From an uncultured Candidatus Saccharibacteria bacterium (GTDB taxonomy: Bacteria; Patescibacteriota; Saccharimonadia; CAILAD01; GCA-016700035), in contig CAYMMM010000003.1 in assembly GCA_964391595.1 (NCBI GenBank), forward strand, positions 1-56,796: a DNA stretch of 56,796 bases. Reading direction: 5' to 3'. Within the stretch, counting starts at the first letter, position 1. Every line of letters starts with the position of its first letter. The position numbers were made by a program, and so were the translations under genes. Under the pieces are notes generated by a model. The model was not told where the DNA came from. It worked only from the letters and a program-made list of their open reading frames with translations, and searched no databases. Positions 18,037 through 26,565 of the stretch are shown one piece after another.

Positions 18037-19644
18037 TCAGCGTCTGAATTGAGTAGCTTGCGGCGGTCCGCCAGGAATACTCGGTGGTGCAAAGGGTGTT
18101 TGTTGCTGCGACGAGCCTTGTGGACTGTAGGTTTGAGCGTGCGGAGTACTGACCCCTCGAGATACGACGTTGCTGTCAGGGATTTTATTTGCGAGCGAAT
18201 CCTTGGCATCATAGCGGTGGAGGATATGGGCGGCTTGCTCGGCCTCACTTTGACCGCGCACTGTTGGAGCAAATGAGGCTTGTTGCGTAGGCATAGGCTG
18301 TGCGGGTGTCGGAATGATGCCTGTCAGAGGCCCTGGTGCTGGCTGAGGGAGATTCTGATTTTGTGGCACGGCATTGATCCCAGTAGGGACAAATGGTTGA
18401 GCCTGTTGAGGAGCAGCCGTTAGCTGGTTATCTTTCTCGAGCTCGAAGAAACGATTGTACTTCGCGATACGTTCACCGCGCACTGGGGCACCAAGCTTGA
18501 TGCCAAATGCACCGACCGCAAAAGCAAGATCCGGCAAGAGCGTGTCATTTGATTCCCCAGATCGATGCGAGATGATGACTTTTACTCCTGAGCTAAGGGC
18601 AGCCGAGATAGCTGTCATAGTCTCAGAGAAAGTGCCTACTTGGTTTGGCTTGATAATCACGCCATCGATTAATTTTTGGGCAGCAAGCTCCTGTATGCGT
18701 TCGGCATTGGTTGCGGTGGTATCGTCTCCGATGATCATGGCTTTGCGTCCCGGCTGGCTACTCATGTAGTGGAGGCCATCCATGTCACTTTCCATAAATG
18801 GGTCCTCGATAGAGAGTAGAGGAAATTTCTTATCCCACTGCATATAGATATCTGTAAGCTGTTTGGTATCGAGAAGCTGGTTGGTCATGATATATTTGCC
18901 ATCTCGATAAAAGTGATTTGCTGCGCAGTCGAGCGCGATTTCATGCTCGGCACCCGGCCTCTTTGCTAGTTGCGTGAAGGCTTCCAGGATAACTTCTGGC
19001 GTAGCACCGAGTGCTGCCATCGCTCCTTCATCTGAGACGAGACGAACCGCTGGGCCATAGAGATTGGCGAGGATCGCGCGCATGGTCTTACGCACGATGT
19101 AGATGTTGTTGATCGCCTCGGTGACCGCATTTGACTGGGGGACGATCATGAATTCTTGCAGGTCGAGTCCCGGCGCATGTGAACCGCCAGCGACGAGATT
19201 TGCGTACAGCCGCGGCATTGCAGGAGTTGTGCCTAGCTGATCTGCGACCGCTTGCCATACTTCTTTGCCTTGATCATAGCAGGAGAGAAGGAAATAGGCG
19301 CCAGACAATGCGGTCAGAGTATTGGTCCCGAGATTTGAGCGGTCTTGAGTGCCATCTAGGGCGATGAGTAGTGCATCAAAATCAGCTTGATGTCCGAGTG
19401 GATAGCCGAGAAACTTTGGAGCAATGACTTTTTCTATAATGTCGATATTGCCCGTCACTCCACGCCCCATGAAGAATGCTTTGTCACCATCGCGTCGCTC
19501 TTTAGCTTCGCGTCCTGACACTGACTTTCCGCTTGGCGCATCAAAACGAGCATGGTTCCCAGTATCGGATTCCATGCGTACGCGGATGGTCGGCTCCCCC
19601 CTCGAGTCGAGCACCTGATATGCCTTGATCGAGGCTATATTCAT
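18037..19644 (-). CDS. eno: Enolase with a ~128-aa Pro/Gln-rich C-terminal extension
   Basis: Starts MNIASIKAYQVLDSRGEPT (ATG 19644). Carries SHRSGESNDT and KLGAPVRGERIAKYN motifs. The upstream 32 codons in the ORF track are rejected. Confidence 0.93.
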   Translation of the reverse strand: MNIASIKAYQVLDSRGEPTIRVRMESDTGNHARFDAPSGKSVSGREAKERRDGDKAFFMGRGVTGNIDIIEKVIAPKFLGYPLGHQADFDALLIALDGTQDRSNLGTNTLTALSGAYFLLSCYDQGKEVWQAVADQLGTTPAMPRLYANLVAGGSHAPGLDLQEFMIVPQSNAVTEAINNIYIVRKTMRAILANLYGPAVRLVSDEGAMAALGATPEVILEAFTQLAKRPGAEHEIALDCAANHFYRDGKYIMTNQLLDTKQLTDIYMQWDKKFPLLSIEDPFMESDMDGLHYMSSQPGRKAMIIGDDTTATNAERIQELAAQKLIDGVIIKPNQVGTFSETMTAISAALSSGVKVIISHRSGESNDTLLPDLAFAVGAFGIKLGAPVRGERIAKYNRFFELEKDNQLTAAPQQAQPFVPTGINAVPQNQNLPQPAPGPLTGIIPTPAQPMPTQQASFAPTVRGQSEAEQAAHILHRYDAKDSLANKIPDSNVVSRGVSTPHAQTYSPQGSSQQQTPFAPPSIPGGPPQATQFRR

Positions 19645-19748
19645 CCTATAAAAAGTATAGCATAAGGGGTATGGTGAGTCAGAGATATATATGTACGAAA
19701 ATGCCCGATAACGAATAGTTACGTTATCGGGCATACACATGCATTTCG

Positions 19749-20315
19749 TTAGGCGGCCAACTGTGCGCGCAAGAAATCGGCCAACTCTGCAGCAGCTTCT
19801 TGCAGTAGGCCATCGCCGTTGGTGATGATCAGGTCTGGCCGATGGCTCATGGCGAATTCGATCTCGTATTGCATTCGGTCTAAGCGCGTATGGAGCTGGG
19901 CGGGCGCGATATCTGGCTCACGTTCGAGAATGCGACGGCACAAGGTGGCGCGCTGCTCTTCGAGGCTACCGGGCACGGTGATGAGCACCTTCTTCGCCTC
20001 GGGGATCTTTGCTTTTACGGATTCGGCGCCGTCCACATCGAGCTCAAGGAGAGTTGGCCTTCCCGGTGTGGGGAGTAGTTTGCCATAGAGGTTACCGAAG
20101 TGGGGACTCCATTCGATAAGCTCACCGGCTTCAACTCGAGCGAAGAAAGCTTCTTCTGAATCTGCATATTCATACATCGTGTCTTCGTCGCGAGGTGGGC
20201 GCGTGGTCAGTGATTTACCAAAGTCGTACTCCGTGACCTCGTTGAGGGCCATCTTCACCAGCGTGCCCTTGCCAGCCCCCGAGGGACCAGAGACACAAAC
20301 AACGGTCATTCCCAT
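19749..20315 (-). CDS. gmk: Guanylate kinase
   Basis: P-loop GPSGAGKGT and TTRPPR motif. The start is the ATG at 20315; the long upstream ORF extension runs antisense into the GH1 gene. Confidence 0.9.
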   Translation of the reverse strand: MGMTVVCVSGPSGAGKGTLVKMALNEVTEYDFGKSLTTRPPRDEDTMYEYADSEEAFFARVEAGELIEWSPHFGNLYGKLLPTPGRPTLLELDVDGAESVKAKIPEAKKVLITVPGSLEEQRATLCRRILEREPDIAPAQLHTRLDRMQYEIEFAMSHRPDLIITNGDGLLQEAAAELADFLRAQLAA

Positions 20316-20422
20316 GGGTGCTCCTAGGGGTAAGGTACAAGAAAGTGTTATTCTGACATATATTGACGATATGAGCAATATATCAGCCGTGGAATCGCCA
20401 GGAGGAGAGCATAAACGGTATA

Positions 20423-21703
20423 ATGAGACAAATGAACGCTCGCTCGCCGAAGCCGAAGTATGCATTCCCCAATGATTTTTTGTGGGGGACTGCTTTGAGT
20501 GCACACCAGGTGGAGGGGGATCAGAATAACAACTGGACCGACTGGGAGAAGGAGCACGCCTCGGAGCTGGCACGCGGTGCCCGCAAAGCTTTTGATAACC
20601 CTTCCGTACATTGGTACAGGATAAAAGATGAAGCCATAGATCCGGCAAATTATATATCTGGCCGTGCAGCTGACCACTATCGACATTTTGAAGCAGATTT
20701 CGCCCTCGCAAAAAAACTTAATCATACTGCGCATCGATTCTCTATCGAGTGGAGTCGTGTTGAGCCGAGGCGAGGGGATTATAACGATGCTGCAATAGAA
20801 CATTATCGGAAGGTGCTGGTTGCGCTTCGTGCGAAAGGAATAGAACCCATTGTGACCTTGCACCATTTTACTTTGCCGCACTGGGTACAAGAGCAGGGGG
20901 GATTTTCGAGCGCTCGTACAATTGCCGACTTCGCGCGTTTTGCAGGCAAGATGGCGAGCGAATACAACGAGCATGTACGGTGGTGGTGTACGGTGAACGA
21001 GCCAGAGCTCTTCTCGAGCTTTTCATACTACTTTGGCCTGTGGCCGCCGCAAGACAAGAGTATCTTCAAAGCAAGCTACGCGTACTACAGTGTTTTTGTG
21101 CGCGCGCATAAGGCCGCATATCGCGCAATCAAGCATGTGAATCCGCGAGCGATGGTGGGTGCTGCTAAGAATAATAGCCACTACGTCGCAAAAGATAAGC
21201 TGATTGCACCGTTCGTAAAGCGCTTTGCAGATTGGTGGGGGAATCATGCATTTTATGATCGCGTCCGGCACGAATGTGATTTTCTGGGTATCAACTATTA
21301 TTTTCGTTTCAACTTCAAGGGCTTTAGAGCTGAGATGGATCAGCAGAACCCATCAGATCTCGGCTGGGGGCTCCATGCTGATGGCTTATATGCGACTTTG
21401 ATGGACCTGCACCATCGATATCGACTACCGATTATGGTTACCGAAGCCGGTGTCGCTGACAGTCAGGACGAGGTGAGGGCTTGGTATATCAAAGAGCTCT
21501 TACGCAATATCCATCGCGCTATGCAGGCGGGCGTCGATGTCCGTGGCTTCATGTATTGGGCGCTATTGGATAATTTCGAGTGGGATAAGGGTTTTTGGCC
21601 TAAGTTTGGGTTAATCGAAGTTGATCGCAAGACGATGAAGCGCACTATACGGCCAAGCGCACTCGAATACGCTAAGATTATCAAGGCTGGTGGGCTCGAC
21701 TAA
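20423..21703 (+). CDS. Glycoside hydrolase family 1 (beta-glucosidase-like)
   Basis: FLWGTALSAHQVEG, acid/base TVNEP and nucleophile region VTEAG. The true start may be the ATG at 20432, since a TATAAT overlaps 20423. Confidence 0.9.
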   Translation: MRQMNARSPKPKYAFPNDFLWGTALSAHQVEGDQNNNWTDWEKEHASELARGARKAFDNPSVHWYRIKDEAIDPANYISGRAADHYRHFEADFALAKKLNHTAHRFSIEWSRVEPRRGDYNDAAIEHYRKVLVALRAKGIEPIVTLHHFTLPHWVQEQGGFSSARTIADFARFAGKMASEYNEHVRWWCTVNEPELFSSFSYYFGLWPPQDKSIFKASYAYYSVFVRAHKAAYRAIKHVNPRAMVGAAKNNSHYVAKDKLIAPFVKRFADWWGNHAFYDRVRHECDFLGINYYFRFNFKGFRAEMDQQNPSDLGWGLHADGLYATLMDLHHRYRLPIMVTEAGVADSQDEVRAWYIKELLRNIHRAMQAGVDVRGFMYWALLDNFEWDKGFWPKFGLIEVDRKTMKRTIRPSALEYAKIIKAGGLD

Positions 21704-21726
21704 ATATCGTCTCTAGAGCAAAGAGC

Positions 21727-22977
21727 TTATTGCTTGCGTGCGGCGTTGTTGTCGAAGAGTCGCTGCCATACTACTGGCGTAACGATCCCGTCAACAGTCA
21801 TGCCGCTTTTGTTCTGGAATACTTTGACAGCTATCTCTGTATTCTCGCCGTACACTCCGTCCATTGGGTCAGGTTTGTAGCCGAGATTAGTGAGGCGTTG
21901 CTGAATGATGCTTACACAACCACTCTGAGATCCGCGCTGATAGGTTGCGCGTGAGCAATCTGGTGCTGGCACAGGAGTTGGATTGTTGACTGTTATTGGC
22001 TTCAGTGCACCTGTCGGAGCTACTGAGTGTGCGACCGCAGTATTACCTGCGCTTGGTCCGATTGCAGACGAAGCAAATCCAGGGTTGAGTATATTCTTCA
22101 CAAAAGCTGGACAGCGAAGTGATTGGTAATAGAAGTTAAATGTCGCTACATGCTGCTTTCCGGTAAGATCAGTGGCGACTGGAGGTGCGAATTCAACAGC
22201 AGATCTCGGGAGGTAGAAGCAATTGTCGGGGTTGGTGGTGAAGATTTCGTGGAAATATCCCTGGCCGCGATTGAGATCAATATTTGAATATGGTGCTTCG
22301 ATTCTACCGATGAGTGTTTGGGCACCAGTGGCGACATCACGGACCCAGCCGTTCCACCAGCATGAGTACAGGCTACTGCAGTCGCTGCGCTCGATGATGA
22401 TCTCATAGTCACGATTCGTCGACCAGTTGTAGTTGATGTGCGTGTGCCACCCCCAGCCCTCATTATCAAATTTGCTGGCAACACTATTGGGAACCTGATT
22501 TGACGCCTGCGCATTTGTCGCATTCCAGATGGAGAAAACCGCAATCTTGCCCTCAGGTCGCGACTGCAAGCCACCGTATGCATCATCGCCTTGCTTAGCC
22601 CCCGTTGCTGGGTCAATGTTGCTTGATTCTGGCCCGAGGTAGAAGTCGGTTGCGTAATACAGTCCGACATCCGGCGTATTATCGGTGATACGCATACGCG
22701 AAACCATACGTGATCCTTGCTGGCCGGCCAGGCTTTTCCCACCGGTATCCAAGTCGGTGAAATCGTTGTAAGTATCCATATAGTGTGAATCTGGCCCATG
22801 TCCAGCTGGCGCCAGAGTACTCGCTTTACTGAGTCTGAAGAAGAGGTAGCCGCCTAATATCACGGCTATTGCCACGATAATAAGGAGTGGGTTTCGATAC
22901 TTTTTAACAGCCGATAAGGGTGTCTTATTACTGACGCGACTTTTCTTTTTTTGCTGAACCTTTGAAGGGGTAGACAT
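21727..22977 (-). CDS. Secreted or anchored protein with a DUF3472-like beta-sandwich and a C-terminal peptidoglycan-binding domain
   Basis: N-terminal basic tail and TM. The C-terminal motif matches PG_binding_1 (LGY.PDPMDGVYGENT..AVK.FQ...G..VDG). Confidence 0.75.
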   Translation of the reverse strand: MSTPSKVQQKKKSRVSNKTPLSAVKKYRNPLLIIVAIAVILGGYLFFRLSKASTLAPAGHGPDSHYMDTYNDFTDLDTGGKSLAGQQGSRMVSRMRITDNTPDVGLYYATDFYLGPESSNIDPATGAKQGDDAYGGLQSRPEGKIAVFSIWNATNAQASNQVPNSVASKFDNEGWGWHTHINYNWSTNRDYEIIIERSDCSSLYSCWWNGWVRDVATGAQTLIGRIEAPYSNIDLNRGQGYFHEIFTTNPDNCFYLPRSAVEFAPPVATDLTGKQHVATFNFYYQSLRCPAFVKNILNPGFASSAIGPSAGNTAVAHSVAPTGALKPITVNNPTPVPAPDCSRATYQRGSQSGCVSIIQQRLTNLGYKPDPMDGVYGENTEIAVKVFQNKSGMTVDGIVTPVVWQRLFDNNAARKQ

Positions 22978-23068
22978 GGTGAATATTCGTTAATTACTTC
23001 ACACTATAGCAGCTCATAAGCATAAGTGAAATATGTGATTCTTTTCCGACTGGGCTAGAAATGAAATG

Positions 23069-23094
23069 CCCCACTCCCTAGGAGGGGAGTGGGG
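23069..23094 (-). terminator. Hairpin downstream of the LAxTG gene
   Basis: CCCCACTCCC...GGGAGTGGGG stem, followed on the minus strand by CATTTCATTTC. Confidence 0.5.
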
Positions 23095-23112
23095 CGGGAG
23101 AGCTCAGCGTCG

Positions 23113-23817
23113 TCAGTTGATGAGACAGGCCTTGCGGTGCAGACGTTGCACCACGAAGATGAAGATGCCGCAGCACAACATCACCATGCCGAGGTTGAGC
23201 GCCCCGCTTGACGTGCCCCCGGTGTAGGCCAGGCGGGTCTGCGTGGTCTTCGGGGTATCGGGGCCGGGGCTCGACGGGGGAGCGGTACTTGCAGTCGGCA
23301 CCACCGTCGTGCTTGTCGTAGTGCTCGGAGCCGCAGCGGTCGTACTCGTCGTACTTGTTGTGGGCTTCGGAGCCGCGGTGGTCGTGCTCGTCGTGGTCGG
23401 AGCGACGGTCGTCGACGTCGTGGTACTGGTCGTCTTCGGAACCGTGGTGGTGGTCGAAGTGGTCGTCGAGGGCTTGGTGGGCGGCGGGTAGTGGCGGATG
23501 GTGGTGGTCGTCGTGTCCTCCGGACAGTCCACCTCGTCCTCATCCTCGGATTCGTCGTCGTTCCACTCCTCGTCGTCGTGGTGCCAGCTGTCCTCGCTGT
23601 CATCCCACTCTTCTTCCGAGTCGTCGGAGTTGTCGTGGTGCCAGCCGCTCTCGTCGCGAGGCTCGTGGCCGCCGTAACCACCGCGTGCGCTGGCGCCGGC
23701 TGCGGTGCCGGATGCCGACAAGGCGGCGAATCCGAGGAGGATCGTGGCGATCGCGAGGGTGATCAGGCTGATCGCGCGACGGAGCGTCTGCTTCGTCTTG
23801 GTAGGTGCGTGAGTCAT
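23113..23817 (-). CDS. Cell-wall-anchored protein with an LAxTG sorting signal (high-GC islet)
   Basis: Signal peptide, then an acidic W/H/D/E-rich block and a Thr/Pro stalk. The C-terminus is LAYTG, a hydrophobic segment and QRLHRK. Confidence 0.8.
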   Translation of the reverse strand: MTHAPTKTKQTLRRAISLITLAIATILLGFAALSASGTAAGASARGGYGGHEPRDESGWHHDNSDDSEEEWDDSEDSWHHDDEEWNDDESEDEDEVDCPEDTTTTTIRHYPPPTKPSTTTSTTTTVPKTTSTTTSTTVAPTTTSTTTAAPKPTTSTTSTTAAAPSTTTSTTVVPTASTAPPSSPGPDTPKTTQTRLAYTGGTSSGALNLGMVMLCCGIFIFVVQRLHRKACLIN

Positions 23818-23971
23818 GGTTGTCCTTTCAGGGGAAGAGACTCGTGGAGCTGCTCAGGTGAGCAAACCCAGACATACTAACATATTTTAGGCGCAAGATC
23901 AACTATTTTATACTGCTTATACTAAAAAACACGCGCATGTAAGTTCCGAGGTGATCATGTATTTGTATGAC

Positions 23972-25351
23972 TTAGAGTGGGCTTTTGACGAAAAATGGGC
24001 CCGGATAGTCTTCGAGGGTGGCGTTGTCTTTTGGTAGCCTCAGGAGGTGCAGGTTGTTCTGACCCATCTGACCCAATGAGCAGTTGCGGAAGGCTTGTAC
24101 GCAGTCTCGAATCCAGGTGTTCATAACTGTTTGATTCCAACCACCGAACCAGTCACCGTGTAGCGTAGAGCCATTTGGTTGCACGGGCTGTCCCGGCATA
24201 CGGTCAGACGATAAGTACCAATCCTTGTAGCTGCCCGTAGGGCTGACGGGGTAGTCGACTATGTATTGTACTTGTGGCATATGCTTCCAGCCAGCCGGAC
24301 AATTTCGCTTCTCATCCTGAAATGCGACATTCGTTGTCTCGAGTCCGACACCATCCCAGCATTGTGGGAATGAAATGGTCGCATGCAAGTAATGACCGGC
24401 AGGGCAGGTGGCAGGTATCGTAATGCCAGAAGCTTTTCCGGTGCCATCAGGTGGGTATGTCCAGCTTTGCGCGTTGTCATAACAGTTCCATTCGAGCTCT
24501 CGAAACCCTATCTGCGCGGTGTTGGTGTTGCCTTTTGAGTTCCCGCCAATCATCTTCAGCCCCTCTGGCATTGCGACCGTAGCAGCAGCTGCAGCAGCAG
24601 TGGGGTTTGATTTGTAATAGACTACGATGCTCTTCGGTAGTACTACATTGCCGGTGCCATCAAACATTGCAGGCATCCAATATGCTGTACGGTTTAGTTC
24701 GGCGCCCTGACAACTCCCACCACCGTATTTGGTGAGGCTATTCTGCGAAGTGTCATTTGGATCGAAGTGAGTGTATGAGGTCACACTTGTATTGCCCCAG
24801 AACATATGGAGATGGGATTTTCCTGGTTGACCAGGGTATACAATCGGATCGTCGGTGCCGAAGTGTGAGTACTGGCAGCCGACGCGGAATTGACCCTGTC
24901 CATTGGCGCTGACTGTCGCGCCATTGTCGCCTCGCTCTGTACACTCGAGGTTAGTACAGGCCTGCGGCGTGGTATTCGCTATAGTCTGGCGAGCATTCAT
25001 CCACGACTGTAAGTATGCATTCTTGAGGAGAAGGCTGCCGCTGCCTGATTGCGTAGTAGCTTTCGTAAAGCTGAGTGAACCGTCGTTTTGTTTGCTGACA
25101 GTCCCAGTGCCATTTGTCGTATTCGTGAATGACAGGCTCAGGCTTTTGCGAGTCCCAGCAGCTTGCACAAACACGACTACAAGTACGGCTAAGAGGGTCA
25201 GAAGTCCCATCATGATGATGGCTTGCCTTCGATCAAGGGTTACATTTTTGAGAAATGGGCTGCGCCCCAGACTATTCGTAAGGGGTGATGGAGACGTCGT
25301 GGATTGTGTTTTCTTGGTCTTAGCACTCGAAGTGTTCTTGCTAGCTGCCAT
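23972..25351 (-). CDS. Anchored or secreted DUF1996-family protein
   Basis: N-terminal TM, plus the DUF1996-like core FRVGCQYSHFGTDDPIVYPGQPGKSHLHMFWGN. Confidence 0.7.
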   Translation of the reverse strand: MAASKNTSSAKTKKTQSTTSPSPLTNSLGRSPFLKNVTLDRRQAIIMMGLLTLLAVLVVVFVQAAGTRKSLSLSFTNTTNGTGTVSKQNDGSLSFTKATTQSGSGSLLLKNAYLQSWMNARQTIANTTPQACTNLECTERGDNGATVSANGQGQFRVGCQYSHFGTDDPIVYPGQPGKSHLHMFWGNTSVTSYTHFDPNDTSQNSLTKYGGGSCQGAELNRTAYWMPAMFDGTGNVVLPKSIVVYYKSNPTAAAAAATVAMPEGLKMIGGNSKGNTNTAQIGFRELEWNCYDNAQSWTYPPDGTGKASGITIPATCPAGHYLHATISFPQCWDGVGLETTNVAFQDEKRNCPAGWKHMPQVQYIVDYPVSPTGSYKDWYLSSDRMPGQPVQPNGSTLHGDWFGGWNQTVMNTWIRDCVQAFRNCSLGQMGQNNLHLLRLPKDNATLEDYPGPFFVKSPL

Positions 25352-25447
25352 ATTTTCCCTCTGTGTATGCTCTCTGTATTGTAGGCTATATAAAGAAGAT
25401 AATGCTAGTGTTTTTACGGAGTATTACTAATGAACCGAACTAAGCTG

Positions 25448-25476
25448 TTGAAAAGGTCACTTTTATCTGGTACTAT
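25448..25476 (+). promoter_or_regulatory. Candidate promoter for tRNA-Glu
   Basis: TTGAAA, 17-nt spacer, TACTAT, about 30 nt upstream of the tRNA. Confidence 0.4.
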
Positions 25477-25506
25477 AAATCGGTCGCTCGATCAAATTAT
25501 CTCTAC

Positions 25507-25581
25507 GGTCCCGTCGTCTAACGGTTAGGACACCAGATTTTCAATCTGGTAACCAGGGTTCAACTCCCTGCGGGATCACCA
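25507..25581 (+). tRNA. tRNA-Glu (anticodon UUC), CCA encoded
   Basis: Hand-folded cloverleaf: acceptor GGUCCCG/CGGGAUC, anticodon arm CCAGA-UUUUCAA-UCUGG, T-arm CAGGG-UUCAACU-CCCUG, then discriminator A and CCA. Confidence 0.9.
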
Positions 25582-25585
25582 ATGA

Positions 25586-25620
25586 AAGCACCCAGTGTAA
25601 GCCGGGTGTTTTCATTTTTT
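25586..25620. terminator. Hairpin and T-tract between the tRNA and the convergent trhO
   Basis: AAGCACCC...GGGTGTTT stem followed by TCATTTTTT. Confidence 0.55.
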
Positions 25621-25621
25621 A

Positions 25622-26506
25622 TTATGAGGTGGCGAGCGCTTTTTGTGTACACCTTACACAGTGAGTTGTCTCGGCACAATCGCTGCAGACGAGTACGAGA
25701 TCATTGCATGAAAGATTGGCACAATTAATGTATCGACTGGTTTTTTTACCGCAATGCGTACAGGTCCCGATGTCTTTGGATGCGTCGCTAAATCGCTGCT
25801 CCATGCGACCATCGAATATATAGAGTGCCCCTTCCCAGAGCCCGTCATCACCATACTTTTCACCATATTTCACGATGCCGCCATCTATCTGATAGACATC
25901 TTTGAAGCCCCGATTTTTCATGAGAGCGCTCAGGATCTCGCAGCGTACGCCAGCAGTGCAATAGGTAACGACTGCCTTTTCTTTGAGAGCATCATACTTA
26001 TCAGATTCGATCTCGCGGATGAAGTCGTGCGTGGTCCGGGTTTCCGGGACAACAGCATCCTTGAATTTTCCGACCGCTGCCTCATACGCATTACGCCCAT
26101 CAAAGAATACGACGTCCTGACCGCGCTCCTCTATGAGTTTGTGGAGCGCTTCTGGTTTGAGATGTTTGCCACCACCGACTACGCCGGTATGATTGACCTG
26201 TACTTCGTCTGGCACGCCAAAGGCAACTAACTCGGGACGTACTTTGACGCTGAGGCGAGGGAATTCATCACCCGTGCCATCACTCCATTTGTATGTAATG
26301 TCGCGAAAGATTTCTGACCGGTTCATCTCACGTTTGTACTCGAGAACATCATCAATCTGTCCGCCAAGTGTGCCGTTGATACCGTGCGGACTGATGATGA
26401 TACGACCCTTGAGATTGAGGCGCCGACACAGCTCACGCTGCCAACGCATAGTCATGGTCGGATCTTGGACGGGAATAAACTTATAGTAGATGATTACTTT
26501 TTGCAT
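25622..26506 (-). CDS. trhO: Rhodanese-domain tRNA uridine(34) hydroxylase (UPF0176/YceA family)
   Basis: N-terminal UPF0176 pattern (YKF..V.DP), rhodanese active-site loop YCTAGVRCE and a Cys-rich C-terminus. Confidence 0.85.
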   Translation of the reverse strand: MQKVIIYYKFIPVQDPTMTMRWQRELCRRLNLKGRIIISPHGINGTLGGQIDDVLEYKREMNRSEIFRDITYKWSDGTGDEFPRLSVKVRPELVAFGVPDEVQVNHTGVVGGGKHLKPEALHKLIEERGQDVVFFDGRNAYEAAVGKFKDAVVPETRTTHDFIREIESDKYDALKEKAVVTYCTAGVRCEILSALMKNRGFKDVYQIDGGIVKYGEKYGDDGLWEGALYIFDGRMEQRFSDASKDIGTCTHCGKKTSRYINCANLSCNDLVLVCSDCAETTHCVRCTQKALATS

Positions 26507-26565
26507 CGGCGGCCATTATATATGAAAGCAAGCGTCACGAGAATAGTGTTATAGGAAGTCTGACA

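Noticed and set aside
19645-19740. N-terminal extension of enolase (MCMPDNVTIRYRAF...) in the ORF track.
   Set aside because: The canonical enolase N-terminus MNIASIKAYQVLDSRGEPT starts at the ATG at 19644. The extension has no homology and is AT-rich promoter-like DNA.
20316-20711. 132-codon upstream extension of guanylate kinase (ORF 19749..20711), and ORF 20348..20974 (-).
   Set aside because: Both run antisense through the well-supported GH1 gene. The P-loop N-terminus of Gmk begins at the ATG at 20315.
23181-23880. Four long overlapping ORFs on both strands (23181..23681 -, 23243..23491 +, 23355..23762 +, 23491..23880 +) with Arg/Pro/Val/Gly-rich products.
   Set aside because: They are typical stop-codon-poor shadow frames of a high-GC segment. 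Only the 23113..23817 frame has a signal peptide, an SD and a complete LAxTG sorting signal.
22978-23972. Search for mobile-element hallmarks (integrase, transposase, flanking direct or inverted repeats, tRNA-adjacent insertion) around the two high-GC islets and the AT-rich islet.
   Set aside because: None was seen by eye. The tRNA-Glu at 25507 lies 1.7 kb away with an ordinary gene between. I describe the islets only as compositional anomalies, not as defined mobile elements.
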